From Nitrospirales bacterium (GTDB lineage: Bacteria > Nitrospirota > Nitrospiria > Nitrospirales > UBA8639), in contig CBDBCZ010000018.1 in assembly GCA_965203295.1 (NCBI GenBank), forward strand, positions 384,001-448,000: DNA of 64,000 nucleotides. The letters are read 5' to 3'. Within the stretch, counting starts at the first letter, position 1, and each line of letters starts with the position of its first letter. The notes below the pieces were generated by a model. The model was not told the DNA's origin. It saw only the letters and a program-made list of their open reading frames with translations, and did not search any database. This document shows positions 22,060 to 34,730 of this stretch, one piece after another. The position numbers were made by a program, and so were the translations under genes.

Positions 22060-24254
22060 GTGGAAAAATTCGTGGGTGTGAAATTTCCCAGCTGGTTCAC
22101 CATTCCCATAAAACGACGTAGCTCGGGGACGGTTGTTGGTGGCTTCATGTCTCGGATGGCCGAAGTTTTCTCTGGGTCGGCCCGAATGCCCGTCTCGTCA
22201 ATCATGTGACCGAGGAAGTTGATGGATGTCTTGGCAAATTTGCATTCCTGCGTGTTGAGCGTTACTCTCGGGAGCACCGCTCGCAGCCTGGCATCGTGTT
22301 GTGCCCTGTCGCTCCCGAACACCAGGACATCGTCCATCTGGCACACTACACCGCTGAGGCCTGTCAGGATTCTGGTCATGCGCTTTTGAAAGTGTTCAGG
22401 TGCACTGGAGATCCCGAATGGCTGTTTGTTGAAATAATACCGCCCAGATGGTGTGCGATGAACGTGATCAACAGGCGAGAGGCAGGAGAGAGGGGGATCT
22501 GCCAGAAACAACTGTTTGCGTCCAACTTGGTGAACAGCTTGGCTCCGGTCAATTGGGCAAGGGTGTCGTCCACCTTAGGGAGGGGGTGGACTTCTCGTAG
22601 CACGCTCTGGTTGAGGGGTTTCAGATCCACGCAGATCCACGCAGATCCGTATAGCTCCCGACTTTTTCGGGGCCACCACCATGCCTGCACACCAGGGAGT
22701 TGGGACATCTACTTTCGAGATTACTCCCATGGTCTCCATTCGCACCGAGCTCTTCTGCGACCTCTCTCAGTGGAAGCGGGACACAGCGTGGTGTGAAGAG
22801 AGAGAACGGTGTAGCTCCTGGTTTGAGCTTGATCTCGAATGGGTCTCCCAAATTTCCCAACCCTTGAAAGAGCTTCGGAAATTTCGTGTGGATGTAGGGC
22901 TCGGTGAGTGGGGGCTCGTCCCCAACGGTGTCAACGTCGTCGAGTCGTGCGGCGAAGTGGAGGGCTCGGATTGCAGGCAGTCCCAGGAGGTTTACTTGAA
23001 GCCCTTTCACCACAAACAGCTGTTGTTTGCTTGACCTCTGCTTGTAAGTAAAGTTGACACAGCACTGGCCTACAACTGGCAGTGGCTTCCTGGAAGGGCC
23101 ACAAAGGATTCAGTTAGGGGTGTAGAGTGGTGGTAAGTCGGGTATCTGCTTGTAGGTCTTCTCAGAAACAGCTGTCACCTCAGCGCCTGCGTCTAGCTTG
23201 AAGGTGACATCATGTTTTCCCACCTTGATGTCTGTGAACCACGCGGATTCCTGGGTGGATAGGCTTGTCGCGTCCAGATAGGCTGTGTCCAGACCTGACG
23301 CTGCCGCAAGGTTCTTCGTGAGACACTGTGCCCCATAGTGACCTTTCTTCTGACACTTGTGGCAGATTGCGTCCTTTGCTGGACACTTGTTGCGGGCGTG
23401 CTGCTCTTTGCCACAGCGTGTGCTCTGCTTGGAGCCAGGGGTCTGTTTTGTGTTGCTGCTTCCAGCGCCAGCGCGGGTGCTGTGGTGCTGCTGATCGGTG
23501 CGACGGGGGTCATTATGCTTCCTGCGATCGACACGCCTCGAGGTTGGGGGTATCGGCTCCGCTGAAGAGGTTGTGCTGGTCGTGGACCACTTCCCACTGG
23601 CGGATACTTTTCTTTGCCTTTTCCAGTGTAAGGTCGGCCTCCAGTTGCAATTGCTGGGAGAGGGAGGAGTCTCGGATCCCCACGATTAGCCGGATCATCT
23701 CGCTCTCTAGCGCTCCGTAGTTACAGTTGGCTGCGAGTTTGTACAGCGCCATTATGTACTGCTCTGAGCTCTCACCGGGGAGCTGGTTCTTGAGGTTGAA
23801 CCGCGCCCGTTCAAAGATGACATTCCGGCGGACTTGGAAAAATGCGTCGAAATGTCCCATGATGGTATCGTAGACCTTGCGCTCTTCGTCCATAGCGTTA
23901 GTGGAGGTCAAAACCGATTCGGCTTCTTCTCCCAGACAGTAGAATAATGCGCTGACTTGCTTCTCGGCGGATTCCTCGCCGAGGCCTGACGCGACTCTGA
24001 ACTGCTCGAATCGACTGCGCCAACGCGGCCATTCGTCGGGCGTCCTAAAGTTGAACGGCTCCGGCGGTTTGAGATGGAGAGTTGCTATTTCGAGGCTAGC
24101 GTACGATTACTGCTGCCACCATGTAGTATTACTCGAAAACTCAACTGAACATACAGGAAGTGTACAGCGGATATATACAGGGATACACACTAAATATAGA
24201 TAGTCCAATACGTCATAATGCATAATACATGCATGCCAAATATAGTCCACTACA
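22060..24254 (-). mobile_element. Gypsy-type retrotransposon 5' part: 133-bp LTR (24122-24254), PBS, gag, protease, RT (frameshifted, truncated)
   Basis: TG...CA LTR and PBS TGGTGGCAGCA (tRNA-Leu-like 3' end). Gag PPEPFNF..W..W..RFEQF and RNVIFERARF, protease FKLDAGAEV, RT PFGISSAPEHFQ and QMDDVLVFG. Confidence 0.92.
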
Positions 24255-24659
24255 TTAGTTCAGTATTAATGCCACATTTCTTGAGGCAGATCTGGGAAGC
24301 CTTCCATATGCTTAGTGTCTGATTCCCACCTTTAATGTCCATTACCGTGGCAACCACTTTTCCCCACGCTTATAGCACTCAAAGGAGGCCACATACAGGG
24401 ATCATTGCTATGCCAATGTACATTAGGTCAGTTTGGGTGAGGGATTAAACTCCTCTCTGCCTTTAAATTCCCACACTCAAACTGACCTTTAACATAGGGA
24501 AGTCTTGAATTTACAGCTTGAGGGCATTTCCTAGAATTGAGGGCACCTGCATGTGTTTGTGTGTGTGTGAATGGGTGTATGTGTAAGTATGTGTGTGTGT
24601 GTGTGTATGTAAGGTCTGGCACAGGTATTGGTGCTCTACAGTGAAGATATCCTATCACA

Positions 24660-27548
24660 GATTATTTGTAATTTTGGGGCATATGAGGAATGGTCATTAA
24701 TTCTCACCGGTCGTGAAGTTTTGAACTTTACTTCGAAATGTTTCATTTCATGCTTTCATGTTTTGTATGTGTACAGTGTGGAAGGCAGAAAGTCTGTTTC
24801 TGGTTTTGAATTGCACTTTTCCACTGCTAGGTGCAAAAAGGGGTACTTTTCTTTAAAATCCAGACTTAATTGACACCACCCTGAAGTGCAATAATGTTCC
24901 TAACTCTTTTTGTTGAAATTGGAGTGCATGCATATATTTCACTATGTGGAGTAATCAAATTTTTTCATTGAAGTGATGGTTGTTCCAGACATTAGGATAT
25001 AATGGTGGGGGTGGGGAGTGGCAATTGGCCATGGGTGATCCAGGTGCTGATATATAAGGTGCATGGGATATAGTGGTGGGGGCCGGGAAGGCTATTTCTC
25101 GAGCCTCCACCACACTCGACCCACCCCCAAAACTACAAAAAAAGAGAAACGAATATGAGCAATTGGCCATGGGTGAGCCAGGTGCTGATATATAAGGTGC
25201 ATGGGATAATAGTGGTGGGGGTTGGGAGTGTGGGCCGGGAAGGCTATTTCTTGAGCCTCCACCACACTCGACCCACCCCCAAAACTACAAAAAAAAAGAA
25301 GAAAAAAAAGAATTGTCCCATCAAAAGGTTCGTGGAGTGCTGAGGTGCATAAAAGGAGCGGTTGTTTTTACTGTTGTGGTATACATACCGGTTTAGTCAT
25401 GACTTGCAGGACGCCATGTTCCACAAATATTTGTGGCACCTGTAACGAGAAGGAATAATATATTATTATAGTGAATGTCTTGCACAAAATGGCATATATG
25501 AATTCGAATCTGGGAGAAGCCCAGTCCAGTAAACAAATTGGCTGCATGTTCAGTAGCCATATTGTATGTGAAGAATGGTGTCATGCCACTTAAAAACTCT
25601 GTTGTGCTCATGCATGCAGATCAAGAAAAATAAGTATACATAATTTATATATGTAGTGAAGCGGCATTTTCATAAGATTAAAGTTTGTTGAGTTGGTAGC
25701 TTCTATATATAGCATACACCAGAGACATGCAAAGAAATAGCTGAGTACTTTGTACGCTCATGCTAGGTGATGGTCTATCGCTATAGCATTACTACACTCC
25801 ACTACGAGGCCGCGATCGTCTGGCTGTTGTTCACTTCCCCACCTGCGAAACCTGTGCCTCGGCCCTGGCCCTGCCAGCCGGCAGCTGCGCCGGCACCTTG
25901 GCCGGCGGCACCTACGCCCGTGTCTGCAGGGAAAAGTAGAGTAGTGTAAGTCACCGAATGTCGACCACGTTGTGAACTTTCTGTCAAGGGTTATATCTCA
26001 GCACTCAACATTTGAAACCAAGTTATAATGCTACCGTACCATGGCTGTACACCATTCTAATGTTAGTGAGTTCAATTCTTTATCGATGGTCGACTAGCAG
26101 TACGTATAATGTTCACTACATGTATACTTTTGCAATATCAAATCTCACTGACAACCATGTGCACACCCAAGGCTTTCTCACTTTTCGCGATTTATTTCCA
26201 CAGAAAGGTGGAGACTACTTTATTTCAAGGTGACACTCCTATAGTTTTCCTGTGCATTTTTGAAAGATTTTTCACCGAAACTGTGACCTGGAGCGGCATG
26301 AAGGTTAAATTGCGTATCATAAGTTAACTACTACGTTTCTACATATTGTCGACCGTGACAGTTGACAATATGTGACATATAAACTAAGTATTGTTTTATA
26401 TATATATATATATAGTGGTGGACGTTAGGAGGTGGTTGAGAAATGGTGCTTTACGCTATATAGCTAGCTATAGTGCCAAACATGCATGGAGGAAGAGATA
26501 ATTTGGCAGTGCGAAATTCTGCATTCTGTCTGATAAGAGTATTATATTTACAGTGATTATGCGAAATTCTGCAGAACTTTTTTGCAATGAAAAGAAAAGT
26601 ATTTGTAGTCATCAGTAGTGGTTCCTTTAATGGCAAAGTAGTTCAAAATGCACTGGAACTGGGCGGCAGGAGTGATATAAGTCAAAGCAATGTTCTTTTG
26701 TTTGTGGTTTGCAGTTTGTAATATTTTACCAGGCGTTCATACACATAGCACCAGTAATTGTCTGGGGTGCTACGGGTGCCTGATATCTTCTGGCAGGTGC
26801 AGTGCATATTCTAGGTTCTCTGTACATGCAGAGAGGCCATACAACTCCATGCATGATTGCATGTTTCCACAGCAACTTACTGAGGTAGCTGATGTGTTCT
26901 GTTTGCCATCCACAGTATCGTAGGTAGTGAGAATACACTAAGCGGTATATTCTCACGAGTAACATGAAACAAGCGTACACTTGTTTTGGAACAATGCCTG
27001 CCAGAACCACAGGAGCAACAATAGCGAACTTGTTGAACTCCTCTGCCTTCCAGTTCCCCAGTTTGCTGCTACTGGATGACTTGGGATTTAAGGTCGGCAA
27101 GCTCATTTGTCCAGGGAACTTCACTCAGAGCACTGATGAAGTCTGCTCAACGAAGGACACAAGGATTGCAGTCCTTCATTACAACTTGTACTAGCAAAGA
27201 CAAGGTGCTCAAACTCTCGTGAGATGAGGTTAAGTACGATTGTATGCATGGCATCGATCACAAGATCTTGGATGGGATCAAAACTGTACAAGTTGTACAG
27301 CCGATAGAACACAGATTCTCCATTAACCCCACACTCTGGAGAGATAACGCTCTGCTGCTTTCTTGTTGGAGCATTATCCACTACTCTCCCATCAGCACTG
27401 TTATTTTTGGCTGTCCTGGGTTCACCTGGGTGGTAAAATCGTCTGTGAAAATCACCATAATAATAATGTTTCCGGCTTGCTATGTAAGTTCCTTCAACTA
27501 CACAACGCCTGCAGCCATACTTACCTCCAGCCTTTGTCAACCCGAGTT
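24660..27548 (-). pseudogene. CACTA family B 3' half (26560-27548) plus 3' flank; duplicate of ~50120-53710
   Basis: YGCRRC, IDAMHTIVLN and LGNWKAEEFNKF motifs. The flank is colinear with 3860-5320 and 50120-52900. Confidence 0.8.
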
Positions 27549-27931
27549 CTCATTTTTGGGACGTTTCAAGTTTATTGTGGGACATTGAAAATGGATGTGA
27601 GGTTTGCAATTATAAGAAAACTAGGGCTAGCCTTAGGTTAATAGGTAACTACCAGTCACCACTTAAGCACTTAGTATCTAGCAATCATGTTGCGCAAAGT
27701 CGTAGGTGTTTTCTGTTGAAACAAGTTGCGGTAGTTGCCATACTAATAGACAGTTTTCCTCACTTTGTGTAATAGAGCTCATCTTCATAATTGACGTTAC
27801 AAATCAACAAGGTTAGCTGCTTAATAAGTGGGATTATAGTTGCACAATTACATGCTTAAATGATAGGGTTATAATTCATATGAGCTGGGTTATAATGCTC
27901 CAACAATCCTTGGCTGACATCCTCAATGATC

Positions 27932-30134
27932 TCACTTTTGTGCTTTGATAATGTTTTTCACCTGCTTCGGAGACCGGTCAATTGCATGGTGACGTAAAAA
28001 GTCACGACATTCGATCGCACTCGGGGTGTCTCCCACCTGAATATGTGATGAGAAGAAAAGCATTACTACTTCTGTCTCCTTGGAAGTAAAGGCCCGTCTT
28101 TTAACTGGTGATAGCGACTTTCTGGCTGGCACTTTGGACATCGTCTTCTCCTGGTTGGGTAGCTCTCTTGGCTCAGGTTCCTTCTCCTTGGGCTCCCTCT
28201 GCTGCTCGGGTTTCTGCTCAGACTCAAGCTGTCTCCGCTGCACAGTCTCCATCGGCTACTCTGTGCCTACTGTATGCTTTCCCTGCCTGATACTCTCCAT
28301 AATATGGAAAGCCTCGGCAGCGTGTATATGACCAACGATGGCTCTGTAATGGTCCTGCTCAGTTTGTGTTGTGTGCAAGAGGCAGACGAGAGCGGCTTCA
28401 GTGGTGCCTGACATTAGGGCCACCTTAGTGGCCCCAATCTGCCTCACTTTGGTGGCAGTGGGAACCAAATGCCATAGGCATTTCCGAGCGACGAGATTTT
28501 TTGACTAACGTGGGTGAGAGGCCGGCACCCAGTGTACAGCAGCATCAGGTCACTTTGCTGTTCAGGATGTTGAAGTGGCCTGATGTGCTGCACATACTTC
28601 TGCATTCTCGACCAATCCTGGGCTTGAGATTTAGCCTAGCTGATCCTGCTCGGCCGGTCTTGTGCTCCTTTACGCCTATAATTTTCATTTTATTGGCTTC
28701 TCTCCGAAATGTAGCGGCCTTCATCATCTCTTGGAAGGTTGCGTTAGCTGCCGCACCCGGACACTGCCAGTTTTTAAGGGTAGTGACAGTGGCCATCATG
28801 GTAGTGCATCTGTTTAGTGCTATTTCATTCACAACCTCACCTTTGCTGCACTTCCTGCAGATGCTGTCGAAATCAGTCCACATCTCATGGCATTCACACA
28901 GGCTGTTGACCCCATCCAGTGACAACTCTTGGATGGACAGCTCTTCAAGACGATGGGCAGTTAGCTTGTGCTTTTCTTTGCGGAGCGTGCCCTTTTATCG
29001 ACCCAAGAACTCTTCCGCTATACAGGCCCTGACGTGGAGCGGGTGTTCACGGAGGGACACCTTGAGGTATCTCAGCCCAAGCTTAATTGCATCAATCTTC
29101 TGCAGCTGGTCTTCTGGGCCAACTTTACTGCATGCACTCCAGCTTAGACAGATGTCCCACTAACTGGTCACGATTGGTGAGGCGGCCCCAGACTGGCGTG
29201 GGCACCTCACCACAAGCGTAGCGCAGGAACTTAGACACATCTGTTGTTACCTCCTTGGCTGTCTTTGACCCCTTCTTCCCGCCATCAACACTCTGCAAGA
29301 AGGCGTTAAATTCCTTGAGCGACTGATCTGACTCTCGGAATCTGGGAAAGTCCCTTGTGTCAATCACGAGAGGCTGAGGTTCCTTGAGGGAAGGATGTGG
29401 TTTCTCCAAGGAAGGCTTGAGTTGTTCCTTGGGAGAAGGATGTGGTTATGAGTGATCTGAATGGACTGCTTTTTTGGTATTTCAACACGCTTAGCGATCT
29501 TCAAAAGTCAACTCTTCTCATTAGCATACAGCCTCTTATGCTTGTAGTCAAAATGCTGCGAGAGCCTTTTCTGGATCTTACTTGGACAGCCAGCACTTGC
29601 GAGAATACCGGTTATCTTCACACTTCTGCATTTTAGGGTAAAGTGATAACGTGATGGTAAAAATTACAACCCTTGAAAAATTACATACTGCATGGGCTTC
29701 ACCCTTCGCGCCTAACTATCTTTCGCGGTCCGTTTTCTCCAGTTGACCCCACTACCCTTACTAAGAAAAAAGGCTCCAGGCAACGAGGCTACATTGCAAG
29801 AAACATAAGTATTGCAATCTGTAAGCTTACAATAAACTACAGAAGCAAGTCTTTTTACACGTTCATAATTTTCTCACCTCTTACTTGCGCAGCACCGGTA
29901 CACGTTCCCACAAAGTAAACCGTATCGCCCCATCCGCCCTTCGGTGGGTGAATCACTCTGTCGACAATTCTTACAATTCTCACCATCCCTGTAGTGGGAT
30001 TGCGGTACTTCAGACAGGACACATTCCCGAACATAGACTGTAGAGTGTCCGAGGCCTAGGGAGCCATTTGGCTCTAGGTCAACCTCACAAGTTTCACCGC
30101 CTTCTTCTCGTGCCACGAGGACATAATCTTCCAT
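27932..30134 (-). pseudogene. Tyrosine recombinase-like gene with N-terminal TDP-43-N-like domain and C2H2-like finger (frameshifted)
   Basis: In order on the minus strand: MEDYVLV..EEGGE..EVDLEPNGSL..LKYRNP (29874-30134); KRLSQHFDYKH; FLQSVDGG..DVSKFL; NWQCPGAAAN (catalytic R position, now C); VKEHKT; TATKVRQ; LHT..EQDHY; C-terminal RRAFTSKETEVV. Confidence 0.72.
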
Positions 30135-30359
30135 TTTCTTCTGAACTCACGAATACGAAAGACTAGTACTCGCTCTGAACTCACTCTCATTAAAACTCCG
30201 AAAGGAGACTAGTTGACACCTGCACATATGTATTTATAGGGGATTGGTCATGAGACTAGATATAAAGCCTCACATCCGGTTAGTTAACTAAACGATTCTA
30301 AAGCCCCACCCATTGGCGAAATCATCGGCGTTAAACGGGAGCCGTCTAGTCTGGACTAA

Positions 30360-30579
30360 AGATAAAGCGAAGCTGTTACAGAGTCGACTCGGAGTCCATG
30401 TGTATTAAAGTTTGTTTGTGTCTTGTGTTGATGTTCCCTGAAGAAGGTTGCATCGATAGTAGAGTGCGTAATATCTGTGTAACCGAAACGTCGGCAGTTT
30501 CTTTGAAACAACTGTTGTGGGTTGGAATAAGGATACGTATAATAATCTCCTAGCCAACCGAGAATCTTCCTTGAGTATA
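30360..30579 (+). mobile_element. Short Penelope-pseudo-LTR-like insert with degenerate hammerhead-like motif
   Basis: CTGAAGA (30438) + stem ggttgca/tgtaacc + GAAACGTCGG (30485). It is flanked by a near-duplication, tagtctggactaa (30347) and tagtctagactaa (30580). A second copy lies at ~34965-35157. Confidence 0.55.
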
Positions 30580-31229
30580 TAGTCTAGACTAAGGCTTGAC
30601 CAGATATCTCTGGTATTGACAGCTTGTAATTAGCTTCGCGTCGATGCCTAGACTAGCCACGTGTGCTTCCTGCTTCTATATATAAGGACATTACTACTTA
30701 ATTTTTTCAAGTTACAGCTCAAATAGTTCAAATCTAGTTACTTTTACCCAGTTACAGCTCGAACGGTTCAGATTGCACACAAGTCTTCCATTCAAATGTA
30801 CAAGCAAGAAAGTGAGTGTGGCAGTTCTGTGCTGGAGTCCTAAATCAGTGTGTAGATAGCAATGGTATGCAGGAGAGTGTAATTTCGTAGGTAATAATAT
30901 AGCACACAACAGATTAAGTCTCAATTTAGCGCTATAGACTTATGCAGCGGTTCAGCCCCACCCATCTACTAAAAGCCATACAAATGCAGGAAGATCACAG
31001 TCCGGAAGCGTATGTATAGTACTACCCGCGGTAGAGGGCTATACATAGTACTCATCAGATTCTGTCATATACATCGACTGGCTCCTGTTTATGATATAAT
31101 ACTGAATAATACTCTCAGTGAAATAAGGCATTCAGTTGGTTTTTGGAATAAAGTTAGATTTTTGGGCGAATTTACGATCAAAAACCGATTGGCCACTTTG
31201 ATCCACTGATCAAGTCATCTTGGATAGCT

Positions 31230-31470
31230 AAGAAAGCCGGTGAGTAGCAGCTTTGGAGCAGTGTGAGGAAAACCTCTTGGTAAGGTAGTGGCTTTTAAAA
31301 AAGCCGGTGAGTAGCAGCTTTGGAGCAGTGTGAGGAAAACCTCTTGGTAAGGTGGTGGCTTTTAGAAAAGCCAATCAGTGAAGTGTTGGCTTTTAAAAAG
31401 CCGGTGAGTAGCAGCTTTGGAGCAGTGTTAGGAAAACCTCTTGATAAGGTGGTGGCTTTTAGAAAAGTCG
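31230..31470. repeat. ~67-bp tandem repeat, about 3 units
   Basis: aaagccggtgagtagcagctttggagcagtgtgaggaaaacctcttggtaaggtggtggctttt repeated; also at 35803-35869 and 37273-37350. Confidence 0.85.
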
Positions 31471-32725
31471 GTGCAAAGTAGAAAACAGTACAAGGAGAAA
31501 ATAAAATAGAAGCAGTGTCTAAATTAAGGCATAAGTAATGTTGCTGTCTTAGTAACAATAGGTGCAAAAGGTGTAGCTATATTAAATGTCAAACTCCACA
31601 ACATGGCACAAGCAAATTGAAGTGTACATAACTGAATTGACGTAATATTTATGATACACTTTATGCATTTTTAGTGAGCCTACGTCTACGATAACGTAGC
31701 TATTGGTATTGGTGATAGAATAAGCAAAGAGATGATGCGAAAAAGGTGATGTTTCGTGCACTTGAACTAAAAATTTCATTCTCTCACCTTGTACAAAGAT
31801 GTGATCAATACCCCCGAATACTGGAAGTTCTTTGTCAGATATTTCCATGCAAACTAGGGCACCTGGTCGAAAGTCCACCCCGAGCGTAGTGACAGCTGAC
31901 ACGCTTAAATAGAAGAAAATAAATTTCTGCTGTGAGACTACTCCAAAGTGCGCACATGCATGTATACTTTCACAAAGTCGTGTGTAATGTTAATCTCACC
32001 TCTGCACAGATGAGCACCCAGGGAATTCCTCTGCTGCAACTTCTCTGGCACCAGATGGGAGCCCAGGAAGCTCTACTGCATTTTCTATGGTGATAAGAAC
32101 ATTGCATGCATACATAAATGAACCAGCTACACTAATTAGAAAGAAGCCATAAGTTAATTTTTTGGTTGTCTGTTCTGCTAGTAAAGTGATACCTGTTAAA
32201 AATATCAAATTTGTATTACGTTACTGAGTTGAAATTTTTCGCACACTGACAAGAAAATATTAATTAAACTCTACTTGTTGTACAGTATGTATTACTCTGA
32301 TAGTGCATTTAATGCTCAAATAAAGTAGATCGTACCTCTCCCTACTTCGTCGCTCTTGTAAAGAAAGTTTGATGGCTCGACCCCTGGTGCAGACAGCATC
32401 TGAAGGCACAGGTAGTGCTGGTGCTTGGTGGCAATGGTGTAGGGCAGGTTCTTGAAGTTCTTGCCCACCATGCTCTTAATGTGAGCATTTTTTTGCCTCA
32501 AATCGCATGCACCATTGGTTTCGGAGGGGTCCAAACCTACACATGCATGCAAAAAAAAACAAATTTAAAACTAGACTTCTGCATGATTGACATTAAATGA
32601 GTTTAACATTCGATAGATGCCATAATAAAGAAGGTTCATAGTCTGTCTAAGTCTCTCTTCATTCCTAAGCTGCATCTTTACACTGCAATACATGTAGATC
32701 ACATTACTATACGATCACACAAACA
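31470..32725 (-). pseudogene. EnSpm/CACTA transposase family A 3' part (copy 3)
   Basis: Colinear with 1-1890 minus the MITE; KNFKNLPYTIATKHQ and LPVFGGIDHIFV. Confidence 0.8.
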
Positions 32726-33830
32726 CTGGTCACGTGTTCATATTGGCAATCAGTCACGCCCACCACTTCCCATAGGATATACAGATATATATGCATACAC
32801 GAGCGCTGTACACTCTACGTGCGGATACACAGCCAGTGATGTATACATGTACACTATGCCAACTACTCCATCAGCCCAGTCTGCAGTCCTACCAGGTCCA
32901 AGTTGTGAATTATGCACCGCGGGGTATGTCTCTGCTAGAGACTTCTAGTTATTATATGGCTCGAGTAACTAGAGCTACCATCTCCAAAAACTGCCTACAC
33001 AACCATGACAGGAGTTGGGTGACGTCATTCTAAGGCTTTGAGTAGACGTGCTCGATGCACGGACAATCCATCTAACCACTCTACATCACAATTGAGGACA
33101 TAAGCATCACGGAAAGCTTCTAGCTACCACGCTAAGGCTTGCTAGTACACTCAAAGCTTACCGTCTACGCTTCCCGGTTCAGAATAGGTAGAAAGTCGAT
33201 GTACTGGCTTCGTTTGCGTCCATATAGAGGCTACATAAACCCTTTCACAGCTGGGAGTCGCCAATAGCTGTTTTGTCTACGCAGCAAAATCAGCACGTTC
33301 TACTCCAACGCGAATGATACGCACGAGGTAAATTAATTCGCCTACGGTGACGCCCAAGATGACGTAATTTCCCTGTGCAATGCGTTAATGCTCTGCCTTG
33401 AATACAAGTTATGAGGGCAAGTCACATGCAAGTCGAATAGGAGTTAATCTTGTATTTCACGCCATATAATACATAACTGCACTGTAGTAGGCATTAATAA
33501 AATATCAGTCCTGGAGTCACTTTATTTCCACCTGTACTGCCTCAATGTGTATAGCCTACCTTCGCAGAGAGAGCATCATTGTATTCTTCTGAGCCTGCTT
33601 ATAGCTGCTCACAAATAGGTCGGCCCTAATAGTGGAAAAATTCGTGGGTGTGAAATTTCCCAGCTGGTTCACCATTCCCATAAAACGACGTAGCTCGGGG
33701 ATGGTTGTTGGTGGCTTCTTTCTCGGATGGCCGAAGTTTTCTCTGGGTCGGCCCGAATGCCCGTCTCGTCAATCATGCGACCGAGGAAGTTGATGGATGT
33801 CTTGGCAAATTTGCATTCCTGCGTGTTGCT
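32726..33830. repeat. Near-identical duplicate of ~21156-22258 (Helentron-type 3' end plus Gypsy RT junction)
   Basis: Direct sequence match, including the same Gypsy truncation junction. Confidence 0.9.
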
Positions 33831-33835
33831 GCACA

Positions 33836-34730
33836 CGCTAAATTCCTTGAGCGACTGATCTGACTCTCGGAATCTGGGAAAGTCCCTTGTGTCAATCACG
33901 AGAGGCTGAGGTTCCTTGAGGGAAGGATGTGGTTTCTCCAAGGAAGGCTTGAGTTGTTCCTGGGGAGAAGGATGTGGTTCCTCCAAGAAAGGCTTGAGTT
34001 GTTCCTCTTCTGCAGGTGGCTGCTTCTGGAAAAACTCAACTATAGTAGGCTGTGAGTGATCTGAATGGACTGCTTTTTTGGTATTTCAACGCGCTTAGCG
34101 ATCTTCAAAAGTCAACTCTTCTCATTAGCATACAGCCTCTTGTGCTTGTAGTCAAAATGCTGCGAGAGCCTTTTCTGGATCTTACTTGGACAGCCAGCAC
34201 TTACGAGAATACCGGTTATCTTCATACTTCTGCATTTTAGGGAAATTGATAACGTGGTGGTAAAAATTACAACCCTTGAAAAATTACATACTGCATGGGC
34301 TTCACCCTTCGCGCTTAACAATCTTTCGCAGTCCGTCTTCTCCAGTTGACCCCACTACCCTTACTAAGAAAAAGGCTCCAGGCAACGAGGCTACATTGCA
34401 AGAAACATAAGTATTGCAATCTGTAAGCTTACAATAAACTACAGAAGCAAGTCGTTTTACACGTTCATAATTTTCTCACCTCTCACTTGCGCAGCTGTAC
34501 CGGTACCAAAGTAAACCGTATCGCCCCATCCGCCCTTCGTGTGGGTGAATCACTCCGTCGACAATTCTTACAATTCTCACCATCCCTGTAGTGGGATTAC
34601 GGTACTTCAGACAGGACACATTCCCGAACATAGACTGTAGAGTGTCGAGGCCTAGGGAGCCATTTGGCTCTAGGTCAACCTCGCAAGCTTCACCGCCTTC
34701 TTCTCGTGCCATGAGGACATAATCTTCCAT
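33836..34730 (-). pseudogene. Second copy of the 5' part of the TDP-43-N-like / recombinase gene
   Basis: ORF 34476-34730 reads MEDYVLMAREEGGEACEVDLEPNGSLGLDTLQSMFGNVSCLKYRNPTTGMVRIVRIVDGVIHP. The block 33836-35866 matches ~29305-31295. Confidence 0.75.

Noticed and set aside
27932..29409. Recombinase as part of the DIRS element or as bacterial/phage contamination
   Set aside because: It lies 16 kb from the DIRS fragment, lacks linked RT/RNase H, has apparent spliceosomal introns upstream, and is embedded in animal-type repeats.
29874..30134. Host TARDBP/TDP-43 gene
   Set aside because: Only the N-terminal-like domain is present. No RRMs follow, both copies are frameshifted, and the downstream exons look like a recombinase.
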